DNA of 64,000 bases from Chiloscyllium plagiosum (lineage: Eukaryota): the NCBI RefSeq assembly GCF_004010195.1, contig NC_057753.1, forward strand, positions 163,439 through 227,438. The letters run 5' to 3'. Made by a program: the position numbers and the translations under genes. Positions 36,383 through 50,022 of this stretch are shown in pieces (the first letter of the stretch is position 1; every line of letters starts with the position of its first letter). Below the pieces are notes generated by a model, which worked only from the letters and a program-made list of their open reading frames with translations, searched no databases and had not been told where the DNA came from.

Positions 36383-37899
36383 ATACAAAGCTGTGGGCCA
36401 AGTGCTGAAAAATCAGATTGGAATAATTTGGCACAACAATAGAAACTGCTGGAAAGGCTCAGCAGGTCAGGCAGTGTCTATGGCGAGAAATTAGAGGTTT
36501 GATTTCTCTTCACAGATGCTGCCAGACCTGCTGAGCTTTTTCCAGCAATTTCTATTTTTGTCTCTGATCTGCAGTTCGTTTGGTTTTTATTTAGAATAAC
36601 TAGGTGGCTTTCTTTTTGCCGGCACAGACCTGATAGGCTTTTAAAACTGTGCGCTACACTTCTGCAACTCTGACAGCAGGGAGGTTATGCTGGAACACGA
36701 GTGGGACCACAGCTGGAATACTGTGTGCAGTCCTGGAAGACAGGAAGGATTGAATTGCACTACAGAGGGATCAGAAGAGATTCATATAGGTGTTACCTGG
36801 AATGGACAGATTGGCAATGAGGACAGATTGGCTGGGCTAGGGGCTAGGGCACTTACCTTTGGAAACAAAGGAGCCGAAGGGGAGAGGATCAGAAAGAGGG
36901 GATAAAAAGGACCTATTCCTGTGAGCCAAGAGGACAGTAACTGGGGGACAGAGATCTCAAATGATTAATGGAAGGGTTAGGCATTGTTTGAAAAACATAC
37001 TTTTCACCCAGAAGGTCTTGAGCTCACTGCATGAGAATGTGATAGAGGCAGAAACCTTATTTGCACTCAAACAAAACACTTAGGATTGAACTTGAGGAAG
37101 TGTAACCTACAGAGAAAGAGTTGGAGTAGGGTTGTGTTTCTTTTCTGGCCCACACAGACACAGTTAGCTGAATGGTCTTCTCTGGCTGCGAAGAGGTTTT
37201 CGAGAAGGAATTAGATATGGTTCTCAGGGCTTAAAGGGATCAAAGGGAAGGGGTGGGGGAGAAAGCAGGAACAGGGGACTGAGTCAGATGGTCAGCCGTG
37301 ATCATTTTGAATGTCAGGACAGATACCAAGGGATGAATGGCCTATTCCTGCTCCTAATTTCTATGTTCTAGAACGTTCCCACATTTCCAAAATGATCCGT
37401 GTGCTGTTCAACTCCAACAGAAGCAAGCATGTGAACTTATGAAATAGGAGCTGGGGGGTGGGAGTAGGCCATTCGGCCCCTCGAGCCTGCTCTGCCCATT
37501 CAATAGGACATTTTGAGATATTTAGGTTTCGAATCCCACGTTCCCATGTCGCCCTGATAGCCTCTCTCTCTCTCTCTCCTCTGCCGATCTATCCACGTCT
37601 CTCTGAAATACACTCAATGACCCATCCCTCCAATGCCTTCCAAAGTCTCACAACCCTCTGGTAGAGAGATTCTCCTCTTGCCTGTGCTCCAAAGGGTAAT
37701 CCCACACTTTAAAACGGTGCCCTCTGGAATGAATATACAAATCGGGAGCAGGATTGTCCATTTTGCCCCTTGAGCCTGTGCCCCCATTTACTAAGATGCT
37801 GCTTGATCTGACTGTAACTTCAAATACAAGATGCCCATGTGACTCACTCACAAGGCCTTCCTATGCCCACCTTGTCACGACGGGTTCAGGAAATTAGAC

Positions 37900-39200
37900 A
37901 CTTCAATCGAGTCAGCCCTGTCTCAACTAAATGTCAGTGTAAACAGGCACCTTATCCTCACAAAGACAACCCAGCAAAACCCCTCTGAACCGCCTCCCAA
38001 CATATCTGCATCCTTCCTCCAGTAAGGAGACCAATCCTGCACACTATATCCGAGATGTAGTCTCACTAATGGCCTGCCCAGCTGAAGCATAACGTCCTCA
38101 CTTTTAGGTTCAATTCCTTTCATAATAAAAAGGATAGCACCCCATTAACCTTCTAACTGATGCACCTAAAGGATAGAAATCCTTCCTCATAGAGTCATAC
38201 AGCACGGATAGAGACCCTTCAGTCCAACGCATCCACGCCGCCCACAGTTCCCAAACCAAACTAGCCCCACGTGCCAGCATTTGGCCCATATCTCTCTAAA
38301 CCTTTCCTATTCATGTACAAATGTCTTTCAAATGTTGGAACTGTACCTGCACTTACCAGTTTCTCTGGCAGTACATTCCACGTACAAACCAGCCTGTGTG
38401 TGAGAAAATTGCCCCTCAGGTCCCTTTCAAATCTTTCTTCCCTCACCCCGAAATATAGGTTTCCTTAGTTTCGAAATCACCCAGCTGAGGGAAAAGACAT
38501 TTGCTATTCACTTTATCCATGCCACTCATAGATGCCCACATAGGGTGGTTAAAAAGGTGTGTAGCATGCTTGCCTTCATTGCTCACTCCTTGGAGTATAG
38601 GAGTTAGGAAGACATTGGTGAAGCCTCTTCGGGAATACTGTATCCAGTTATAGAAATGTTATGAACAAGATGGAGAGGGTTCGGAATAGATTGACCGGAG
38701 ACAAAAGGTTTGAGTTATAAAGAAAGGCTGGAACTTTTTTAACTGGAGCGTAGGAGGTTGAGACTTGACCTTAGAGAGGTTTATAAAATAATGAGGGGTA
38801 TAGATAGAGTTAATGGTAGTTGTCTTTTTCCAAGGATGGGGGATTTCAAGTGGGCACATTTTTAACGGGAGAGGAAAGACTTAAAAAAAAACATGAGGGG
38901 CAAATATTTTATATCGGGGGTAGTTCACTTATGAAATGAACTTTCTGAGGCATTGGTGAGGTCACTTTTGGAATATTGTGTGCAATTCTGGTCTCCCTCC
39001 TATTGGAAGACTGTTGTGAAACTTGAAAGGGTACAGAAAAGATTTTGATGCTGCCAGGGTTGGAGAGTTTGAGCTACAGGAAGAGGCTGAATAGGCTGGG
39101 GCTGTTTTCCCCGGAGCGTCGGAGGCTGAAGGGTTAGGATATCTGGTCAGCGTGGACGAGTTGGACTGAAGGGTCTGTTTCCGTGCTGTGTGACTCTATG
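37900..39200. mobile_element. Cluster of CR1 fragments on both strands
   Basis: LVRLHLGYSVQDWSP; WNVLPEKLV; GTTGTGAAACTTGAAAGGG. Confidence 0.75.
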
Positions 39201-39967
39201 TCGGAGTTCCGCAGTCATTCTCCATTTAAGTTCACCGAGTCAAAGAGAAAATAGAAACATCTGCTCACTTTTATGTGGTGATTTGATGAGATTCTTTTCC
39301 CTCCCCTCCTTCCCCATCCCTTCCCCCGTCCCCCCTTTCCTTCCCCCGTCCCCCCTTNNNNNNNNNNNNNNNNNNNNNNNNNNNNNNNNNNNNNNNNNNN
39401 NNNNNNNNNNNNNNNNNNNNNNNNNNNNNNNNNNNNNNNNNNNNNNNNNNNNNNNNNNNNNNNNNNNNNNNNNNNNNNNNNNNNNNNNNNNNNNNNNNNN
39501 NNNNNNNNNNNNNNNNNNNNNNNNNNNNNNNNNNNNNNNNNNNNNNNNNNNNNNNNNNNNNNNNNNNNNNNNNNNNNNNNNNNNNNNNNNNNNNNNNNNN
39601 NNNNNNNNNNNNNNNNNNNNNNNNNNNNNNNNNNNNNNNNNNNNNNNNNNNNNNNNNNNNNNNNNNNNNNNNNNNNNNNNNNNNNNNNNNNNNNNNNNNN
39701 NNNNNNNNNNNNNNNNNNNNNNNNNNNNNNNNNNNNNNNNNNNNNNNNNNTCCTTTTGTTTTTCCCTTCCCTCCTCTCCCTTCCCCTTCTCTCCTTCACT
39801 CCCTCCCTTCCCTCCTTTCCCCATAAAGTGGTGTCCCAGGTAAGACGTCCCCCCTCCCCTTTCCCTCTGAGAATGGAGTGATTTCTCCAGCTGTCGAGAG
39901 CTGAGCTTGGTCTGGAGTCAGGTGTCAGCCAGATCCAGGCCAGGCAGCCAGGCAACAATCACGGAGC

Positions 39968-40587
39968 TTCACTTATAAAAGGCCTCTTCATCAAAAAGCA
40001 GGACTTACAGCAACTGAAGGGCATGAACTCTCTTTGTCAGGCTTAAAATCACTTCTGGGGGGGGGGACAGGGAGAGCTTCTAAACCAGTGATGGATTGAA
40101 AGCTCCCTCCATCTTGTTCACAACCTCAAGCTGCTCAGATACTTGAGAACCAATCAAATTGTATTTGGCAGGAAGACTTCTTTGTCATTGGTCATAAGTA
40201 GAAGACCACTAACCAATCCACTACTTGTTGCCAACCCAAGCTCCACTTGTATCGAACCCTTTGTCTCCAGTTCATCTGCAATCATTACTGTAATCCATCA
40301 TTGTACAAACACTGTTGACAATGAGCAATAGGTTACTTGCTCTTCAATCATACAGCAATCCTTGTAAGCTCTGGTTTCCAAACAGTTCTTTTCTCATTCC
40401 CCTTCACAGTTTTTGGAATACACGAACACAAAAAAAGACACCTCTTTACAATTCCTCTTGGTATCCAAGCTCCAGGGAGACAGATAAAAGTGAATGGAGA
40501 GGCCATAACTGTAGTTACCATTGATGGGAAACTGAACTGAACCAGCTATAACAATGCTATAGTTACAGCAGCAGGTCATAGGGCTCT
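39968..40587 (+). repeat. Near-identical duplicate of part of the LTR-like element at 40839-42334
   Basis: TTCACTTATAAAAGGCC...GGTCATAGGGCTCTTG recurs at 41228-42329. Confidence 0.9.
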
Positions 40588-40838
40588 TGGGAGACTGGCA
40601 AGACAGTAGCGAGCAGTGCAATGGTCCAGCTGGGCTCCAGCACTTGTCCAGATTATTAGCGTAACCTACGGTGACTAGGAGTGTTGCTCTGCCTGAAATC
40701 AACGGGGGTGCAACTGCTGACAACTGGCCCCTCCACCCAATCCTGGGCCGGATGCTCTGAATGGAAGTCAAATAAATTAACTTGGTCTCAAGCACACAGA
40801 CGTGTCGATCCCTCATTGTATTGCTGCAGAAGTCGATC

Positions 40839-42334
40839 TGTCACACTTCACTGGGTTTAGAACCAAATGCTGCTATTCCCCGACTCATCACTAAAGTTAA
40901 AGACTTTTAAAACTATGCTAAATTGACCAATTTTCCTGTCTTCTAGTCTTGGATTTACAGAAAGCATTCTGTGCTTACAACTTACTATTTACTGCAAGTA
41001 ATTGGACTCTATACGTAACCAAGCAGTTGTCACATAACTCCACTAATTAAAACTCTAAACCCCCATATTCTTCCCCTAACACACACAAAACTGGGGAAGC
41101 AGTGCAGTTGTTCCTGTTCATATGATAACTGAGATGATTCTTATGACTTTTGCTGGTTAGAAAGCTGCTTCTCACTCATCCTCCTCTGGATATTTCCACT
41201 GGTTTGCAGGAGGCACAGGGTAGCTGGTTCACTTATAAAAGGCCTCTTCATCAAAAAGCAGGACTTACAGCAACTGAAGGGCATGAACTCTCTTTGTCAG
41301 GCTTAAAATCACTTCTGGGGGGGGAACAGGGAGAGCTTCTAAACCAGTGATGGATTGAAAGCTCCCTCCATCTTGTTCACAACCTCAAGCTGCTCAGATA
41401 CTTGAGAACCAATCAAATTGTATTTGGCAGGAAGACTTCTTTGTCATTGGTCATAAGTAGAAGACCACTAACCAATCCACTACTTGTTGCCAACCCAAGC
41501 TCCACTTGTATCCAACCCTTTGTCTCCAGTTCACCTTCACGGCATGGTGGCACAGTGGTTAGCACTGCTGCCTCACAGCGCCAGAGACCCGGGTTCAATT
41601 CCCGCCTCAGGCGACTGACTGCGTGGAGTTTGCACTTTCTCCCCGTGTCAGCGTGGGTTTCCTCCGGGTGCTCCGGTTTCCTCCCACAGTCCAAAGATGT
41701 GCAAGGCCAGGTGAATTGGCCATACTAAATNNNNNNNNNNNNNNNNNNNNNNNNNNNNNNNNNNNNNNNNNNNNNNNNNNNNNNNNNNNNNNNNNNNNNN
41801 NNNNNNNNNNNNNNNNNNNNNNNNNNNNNNNNNNNNNNNNNNNNNNNNNNNNNNNNNNNNNNNNNNNNNNNNNNNNNNNNNNNNNNNNNNNNNNNNNNNN
41901 NNNNNNNNNNNNNNNNNNNNNNNNNNNNNNNNNNNNNNNNNNNNNNNNNNNNNNNNNNNGGACTGGACTTGTTGGGCCGAAGGGCCTGTTTCCACACTGT
42001 AATATAATCAAATCTAATCTAATCATTACTGTAATCCATCATTGTACAAACACTGTTGACAATGAGCAAAAGGTTACTTGCTCTTCAATCATCCAGCAAT
42101 CCTTGTAAGCTCTGGTTTCCAAACAGTTCTTTTCTCATTCCCCTTCACAGTTTTTGGAATACACGAACACAAAAAAGACACCTCTTTACAATTCCTCTTG
42201 GTATCCAAGCTCCAGGGAGACGGATAAAAGTGAATGGAGAGGCCATAACTGTAGTTACCATTGATGGGAAACTGAACTGAACCAGCTATAACAATGCTAT
42301 GGTTACAGCAGCAGGTCATAGGGCTCTTGTGACA
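40839..42334. mobile_element. LTR-like element with a nested HE1 SINE (about 41535-42021)
   Basis: Inverted termini TGTCACA/TGTGACA; a diverged relative at about 61950-62560; no TSD seen. Confidence 0.55.
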
Positions 42335-42959
42335 TGCTGGTAGTGTCACTGCCTCTGAGCCGGAAGGAATAGGTTCGAAACCCACCTGATTCAGAGGTCT
42401 GTCATAACATGTCTGAACAGGTTTGTTAAAATGTCTCTACCTTTTAAAGTTAGGGTTCTTATGGTGCAGCAGTAGTATCTCTACCTCTAAACCAGGAAGC
42501 TCAGTTCAAGTCCAACCTGCTTCGGAGGTGTGTAGCAATGTGTCTGAACAGGTCAGAGTTTACTGCACCAAGACATGCATCCCTGACTCCCCCAAACCAG
42601 CCTATAATTTACAAAGCTCAAATCAGAAGGTGTAATGGATTACTCCCCGCTGGCCTGGATGAGAGCTGCTCCAATGACAGGTGGACATCATCCGGGACAA
42701 AGCAACTGCTGAATTGGCACATCCACTCCCGCCACCGCTGATACGGAGGGGCAAGCATTGTATACGTTCTGAAAGGTGCACTGAAGGAATTCATCAAGGC
42801 TCCTTCAATAGCATCTTCCAAACCCACAAACATGACCCGCGAGACGGAAGAGGCAGCAGGTATGTGGGAGTGCCAGGTTCCGCATCCCCACACAGACATC
42901 ATGGAATGTGGTGGGGAACCTCCCCAAACCCCTGTGATATCCCAGGGAGCAATGGGGAT

Positions 42960-44890
42960 TCTCCCTGTGACGTCATTGTTATTGGTGCTCCCGCAGGGAC
43001 ATCACAGAGGGTGAAGGGATACCTCCCCAATGATACAACAGGGGGTGATGGGGATATTCCCTGTCCCTGTCCCTGTGACAGCACCGTGATGGGTGCTCCC
43101 GCAGTGACATTATAGAGGGTGACAGGGAACCTCCCCAATGACATCACAGAGGGTGATGGGGATGCTCCCTGTCCCTGTGACATCGCCGTGATGGGTGCTC
43201 CCGCAGTGACATTATAGAGGGTGACAGGGAACCTCCCCAATGACATCACAGGGGGGTGATGGGGATACTCCCTATCCCTGTGACATCACCGTAATGGGTG
43301 CTCCCGCAGTGACATTATAGAGGGTGACAGGGAACCTCCCCAATGACATCACAGAGGGTGATGTGGATACTCCCTGTCCCTGTGACATCGCCGTGATGGG
43401 CGCCCTTGCAGTGACATTATAGAGGGTGACAGGGAATCTCCCCAATGACATCACAGGGGGTGATGGGGATACTCCCTGTCCCTGTGACAGCACCGTGATG
43501 GGTGCTCCCGCAGTGACATTATAGAGGGTGACAGGGAACCTCCCCAATGACATCACAGGGGGTGATGGGGATACTCCCTGTCCCTGTGACATCACCGTGA
43601 TGGGTGCCCTTGCAGGGACATTATAGAGGGTGACAGGGAACCTCCCCAATGACATCACAGAGGGTGATGGGGATACTCCCTGTCCCTGTGACATCACCGT
43701 GATGGGTGCCCTTGCAGTGACATTATAGAGGGTGACAGGGAACCTCCCCAATGAAATCACAGGGGGTGATGGGGATACTCCCTGTCCCTGTGACATCGCC
43801 GTGATGGGTGCTCCCACAGGGACATTATAGAGAGTGACAGGGAACCTCCCCAATGACATCACAGAGGGTGATGGGGATACTCCCTGTCCCTGTGACATCG
43901 CCGTGATGGGTGCTCCCGCAGTGACATTATAGAGGGTGACAGGGAACCTCCCCAGTGACATCACAGAGGGTGATGGGGATACTCCCTGCTCCCTGTGACA
44001 TCGCCGTGATGGGTGCCCTTGCAGTGACATTATAGAGGGTGACAGGGAACCTCCCCAATGACATCACAGAGGGTGATGGGGATACTCCCTGTCCCTGTGA
44101 CATCACCGTGATGGGTGCCCTTGCAGTGACATTATAGAGGGTGACAGGGAATCCCCCCAATGACATCACAGGGGGTGATGGGGATACTCCCTGTCCCTGT
44201 GACATCACCGTGATGGGTGCTCCCGCAGTGACATTATAGAGGGTGACAGGGAACCTCCCCAATGACATCACAGAGGGTGATGGGGATACTCCCTGTACCT
44301 GTGACATCGCCGTGATGGGTGCTCCCGCAGTGACATTATAGAGGGTGACAGGGAACCTCCCCAATGACATCACAGGGGGTGATGGGGATGCTCCCTGTCC
44401 CTGTGACATCACCGTGATGGGTGCCCTTGCAGTGACATTATAGAGGGTGACAGGGAACCTCCCCAATGACATCACAGAGGGTGATGGGGGTACTCCCTGT
44501 CCCTGTGACATCACCGTGATGGGTGCTCCCGCAGTGACATTATAGAGAGTGTCAGGGAACCTCCCCAATGACATCACAGAGGGTGATGGGGATACTCCCT
44601 GTCCCTGTGACATCACCGTGATGGGTGCTCCCACAGTGACATTATAGAGGGTGACAGGGAACCTCCCCAATGACATCACAGGGGGTGATGGGGATACTCC
44701 CTGCCCCTGTGACATCACCGTGATGCGTGCCCTTGCAGTGACATTATAGAGGGTGACAGGTAACCTCCCCAATGACATCACAGGGGGTGATGGGGATACT
44801 CCCTGCCCCTGTGACATCACCGTGATGCGTGCCCTTGCAGTGACATTATAGAGGGTGACAGGGAACCTCCGCAATGACGTCACAGAGGGT
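42960..44890. repeat. 102-bp satellite, about 18-19 copies
   Basis: GCAGTGACATTATAGAGGG recurs with period 102 (for example 43101 and 43203). Confidence 0.95.
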
Positions 44891-44949
44891 GAGGATGGGT
44901 CCTGTCCGACCTTGCCTGGCGTCACTGATTGTGTCGGGGATACTCCCAG

Positions 44950-46430
44950 TGACATCACAGAAGGTGACGACCCTGATGGTGTCGGGGAAACCTCCCCCCG
45001 TGACTTCCCAGAGGGTGATGTCACTGATGGTGTCGGGGAAACACCCCCCGTGACTTCCCAGAGGGTGACGTCACTGATGGTGTCGGGAAACCTCCCCCGT
45101 GACTTCCCAGAGGGTGACGTCACTGATGGTGTCGGGGAAACAACCCCCTGAGACTTCCCAGAGGGTGACGTCACTGATGGTGTCGGGGAAACACCCCCCG
45201 TGACTTCCCAGAGGGTGACGTCACTGATGGTGTCGGGGGAAACACCCCCCGTGACTTCCCAGAGGGTGACGTCACTGATGGTGTCGGGGAAACACCCCCC
45301 GTGACTTCCCAGAGGGTGACGTCACTGATGGTGTCGGGGGAAACCTCCCCCTGTGACATCCCAGAGGGTGACGTCACTGATGGTGTGGGGGAAACCTCCG
45401 CCCTGTGACTTCCCAGAGGGTGACGTCACTGATGGTGTCGGGGAAACCTCCCCCCGTGACTTCCCAGAGGGTGACGTCACTGATGGTGTCGGGGAAACAC
45501 CCCCCGTGACTTCACAGACGGTGACGTCACTGATGGTGTCGGGGAAACCTCCCCCTGTGACTTCCCAGAGGGTGACGTCACTGATGGTGTCGGGGAAACA
45601 CTCCCCGTGACTTCCCAGAGGGTGACGTCACTGATGGTGTCGGGGAAACCTTCCCCCGTGACTTCACAGAGGGTGACGTCACTGATGGTGTCGGGGAAAC
45701 CTCCCCCCGTGACTTCCCAGAGGGTGACGTCACTGATGGTGTCGGGGAAACCTCCCCCGTGACTTCCCAGAGGGTGACGTCACTGATGGTGTTGGGGAAA
45801 CACCCCCCTGTGACTTCCCAGAGGGTGACGTCACTGATGGTGTTGGGGAAACCTCCCCCCGTGACTTCCCAGAGGGTGACGTCACTGATGGTGTCGGGGA
45901 AACCTCCCCGTGACTTCCCAGAGGGTGACATCACTGATGGTGTTCGGGAAACCTCCCCCGTGACTTCACAGAGGGTGACGTCACTGATGGTGTTGGGGAA
46001 ACCTTCCCCCGTGACTTCCCAGAGGGTGACGTCACTGATGGTGTCGGGGAAACCTTCCCCCGTGACTTCCCAGAGGGTCACGTCACTGATGGTGTCGGGG
46101 AAACCCCCCTGTGACTTCCCAGAGGGTGACGTCACTGATGGTGTTGGGGAAACCTCCCCCTGTGACTTCACAGAGGGTGACATCACTGATGATGTCGGGG
46201 AAACCTTCCCCCGTGACTTCACAGAGGGTGACATCACTGATGATGTCGGGGAAACCTCCCCCGTGACTTCACAGAGGGTGACATCACTGATGATGTCGGG
46301 GAAACCTTCCCCCGTGACTTCCCAGAGGGTGACATCACTGATGATGTCGGGGAAACCTCCCCCTGTGACTTCCCAGAGGGTGACATCACTGATGGTGTCG
46401 GGGAAACCTTCCCCCGTGACTTCCCAGAGG
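44950..46430. repeat. ~51-bp satellite, about 28 copies, most containing GTGACGTCAC
   Basis: Unit GTGACTTCCCAGAGGGTGACGTCACTGATGGTGTCGGGGAAACCTCCCCC. Confidence 0.95.
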
Positions 46431-47002
46431 CGCTGAGCTTTCTATTTTAAAACAGACCATTGTAACCGGGGGGAAGCGGAGGATCTCAAAATGTGGAACT
46501 GTGTCAGATCAACACAACTGAAACTGACCCTTGAGCAAATTTACCAGCACAAATTGAGGAAGGCGTCTTCTTTTCTTAATGCATGATTTAAAACGGTTGC
46601 ATTGCAATCGATTAATTCATTGCCTTTTTTTAATAATGTGAATATTACGACTGTGGGGTTTGATTCTCTTTACCACGGTGACCTCCATGAGACCGTTTCT
46701 CCAGCCAGGTGCAGGAGCCTACAGGAGTAAGCGGGCCAATCCTACTCCAGCCAATGGGAGCAGCAGGAGCTTCCTCCAGCCAATGGGAAGAGCAGAAGTC
46801 GGAAAGACCGAACTGGCTGTAGTGTATGTGGATTTCTAGGGGGGGCTGTTCCATGAGGACTCATATGTAAGATCATTGCATAAAACAAGCACTTATGATA
46901 CTGGAGGTGATAGATTAGCTGAATTGAGGATTAGTAAAAACACAGAAGACAGAGGATTAGAATTAAGGAGACTTTTTCAGATCGAAACGGCGAGATTCAG
47001 TC

Positions 47003-48900
47003 AGTCACAGAGTTATACCACGGAAACAGACCCTTCGGTCCAACTCACCAATGCCGATCAGGTATCCTAACCCATTCTCGTCCCATTTGCCAGCACTTGG
47101 CCGATAACCCTCTAAACCCTTCCTATACATATACACATCCAGATGCCTTTTAAATGCTGCAATTGTACCAGCCTCCACCACTTCCTCTGGCAGCTCATTC
47201 CACACACACATTATAGTCTGTGCAAAAAAGTTCCCCCTTAGGACTCTTTTATATCTTTCCACTCTCACGATAAACCGATCCCCTCTGGTCCTGAACTTCC
47301 TGACCCCAAGGAAAATACTTTGACTATTTCCTCTATCCATGCCCCTCATGATTTTATAAACCTCTATAAGGTCACCCCTCAGCCTCCGACTCTCCAGGGA
47401 AAACAGCCCCAGCCTGTTTAGCCTCTCCCTGTAGCTCAGATCCTCCAACCCTGGCAACATCCTTATAAATCTTTTCTGAGCCCTTTCAAGTTTCACAACA
47501 TCCTTCCGATAGGAAGGAGACCAGAATTGCACACAATATTCCAAAAGCACGTAATTAGGGCCCTAGAACTATCTGTATCAATAACATAGAGGAGTGAGCA
47601 CAGTGTAACTCATCCAAATTTGTGGACAGTACAAAAATAAGGGGGAGGGTACGTTGCGATGAGGTCAAAAGGAACCAACAAGGGCATAGAGACAGATTGA
47701 GAGAGTGGGGAGAAAAAAAGCCTTAGCAGACAGAGTTTATTGTATGAAATTGTGAGGTCACACATTTCAGTAGGAAGCTGCTCGGGGGCAACCGAACAGC
47801 GGCGTCACCTTCACCTCATGCCAGGCAAGGAGGCAACTTCGGAATTTCAAGGAAACCTGGAAGGGTTCAGGAAAGATTTACAAAGGATGTTGCTGGGGTT
47901 GGAGGGTTTGAGCTTTAGGGAGAAGCTGAATAGGTTCGGGCTGTTTTCCCCACAGTGTCGGGGGGTAACCTCAGAGATTTATAAAATCATCAGGGGCATG
48001 GATAGGGTTATTAACCAAGGTCTTTTCCCCAGGGTAGGGGAGTCCAAAAAGTAGAGGACACTGGCTTAAGATGAAAGGAATAAGATTTAAAAGGCACCCG
48101 AGGCAACCTTTCCCACACAGAGGTATGGAATGAGCTGCCAGAGGAAGTGGTGGAGGCTGGTACAATTGCAACACTTAAAAGACATCTGGATGAGTGTATG
48201 AATAGGAAAGGTTTAGAGGGATATGGGTCAAATGCTGGAAACCCCTCAGCCTCCGACACTCCAGGGAAAACAGCCCCAGCCTACTCAGCCTCTCCCAAGA
48301 GCTCAAATCCTCCAACCCTGGCAACATACCTGCAAATATTTTCTGAACCCTTTCAAGTTTCACAACATCCTTCCGACAGCAGTGGGACCAGAATTGCATG
48401 GAGCACTCCAAAAGTGGCCTAACCAATGTCCTGTACAGCTGCAACTTAGCCACCCTTCCCCGCCCCAACCATATTAGTTTCAAAATAGTGATGGAAAAGG
48501 ATAGAGTGGATTGAAAAGTTAAAGTGTTAAATTGGATGAAGAACAATTTTGAGACTATTTGACAAGAACTTTCGAAAGCTGATTGGGGGCACATGTTCAC
48601 AGGTAAAGGGTCGGCTGGAAAATGGGAAGACTTCAGAAATGAGGTAACGAGAGTCCAGAGACAGTATGTTCTCATGGGGGTGAAAGGAAAGGCTGGTAGG
48701 TGTAGGGAATGCTGGATGACTGGAGAAATTGAGGGTTTGGTTAAGAAAAAGAAGGAAGCGTATGTCAGGTATAGACAGGATAGATCGAGTGAATCCTTAG
48801 AAGAGTATAAAGGCAGTAGGAGTATACTTAAGAGGGAAATCAGGAGGGCTAAACGGGACATGTGATAGCTTTGGCAAATAGGGTTAAGGAGAATCCAAAG
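47003..48900. mobile_element. CR1 fragments on both strands
   Basis: 181-aa minus-strand CR1 C-terminal ORF (47005-47550); WMTGEIEGLVKKKKEAY inter-domain fragment. Confidence 0.88.
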
Positions 48901-50022
48901 GAGAAAGTGAGGGCTGCAGATGCTGGAGATCAGAGCTGAAAATGTGTTGCTGGAAACGCGCAGCAGGTCAGGCAGCATCCAGGGAGCAGGAGAATCGACG
49001 TTTCAGGCATGAGCCCGAAGAAGGGNNNNNNNNNNNNNNNNNNNNNNNNNNNNNNNNNNNNNNNNNNNNNNNNNNNNNNNNNNNNNNNNNNNNNNNNNNN
49101 NNNNNNNNNNNNNNNNNNNNNNNNNNNNNNNNNNNNNNNNNNNNNNNNNNNNNNNNNNNNNNNNNNNNNNNNNNNNNNNNNNNNNNNNNNNNNNNNNNNN
49201 NNNNNNNNNNNNNNNNNNNNNNNNNNNNNNNNNNNNNNNNNNNNNNNNNNNNNNNNNNNNNNNNNNNNNNNNNNNNNNNNNNNNNNNNNNNNNNNNNNNN
49301 NNNNNNNNNNNNNNNNNNNNNNNNNNNNNNNNNNNNNNNNNNNNNNNNNNNNNNNNNNNNNNNNNNNNNNNNNNNNNNNNNNNNNNNNNNNNNNNNNNNN
49401 NNNNNNNNNNNNNNNNNNNNNNNNNNNNNNNNNNNNNNNNNNNNNNNNNNNNNNNNNNNNNNNNNNNNNNNNNNNNNNNNNNNNNNNNNNNNNNNNNNNN
49501 NNNNNNNNNNNNNNNNNNNNNNNNNNNNNNNNNNNNNNNNNNNNNNNNNNNNNNNNNNNNNNNNNNNNNNNNNNNNNNNNNNNNNNNNNNNNNNNNNNNN
49601 NNNNNNNNNNNNNNNNNNNNNNNNNNNNNNNNNNNNNNNNNNNNNNNNNNNNNNNNNNNNNNNNNNNNNNNNNNNNNNNNNNNNNNNNNNNNNNNNNNNN
49701 NNNNNNNNNNNNNNNNNNNNNNNNNNNNNNNNNNNNNNNNNNNNNNNNNNNNNNNNNNNNNNNNNNNNNNNNNNNNNNNNNNNNNNNNNNNNNNNNNNNN
49801 NNNNNNNNNNNNNNNNNNNNNNNNNNNNNNNNNNNNNNNNNNNNNNNNNNNNNNNNNNNNNNNNNNNNNNNNNNNNNNNNNNNNNNNNNNNNNNNNNNNN
49901 NNNNNNNNNNNNNNNNNNNNNNNNNNNNNNNNNNNNNNNNNNNNNNNNNNNNNNNNNNNNNNNNNNNNNNNNNNNNNNNNNNNNNNNNNNNNNNNNNNNN
50001 NNNNNNNNNNNNNNNNNNNNNN

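Noticed and set aside
39968..42334. TRIM-like two-LTR miniature retrotransposon
   Set aside because: No convincing PBS, PPT or TSD, and the first copy is truncated.
42960..46430. CRISPR-like appearance of the regular arrays (also 9115-10038)
   Set aside because: Whole units repeat with no unique spacers, there are no cas genes, and the context is vertebrate.
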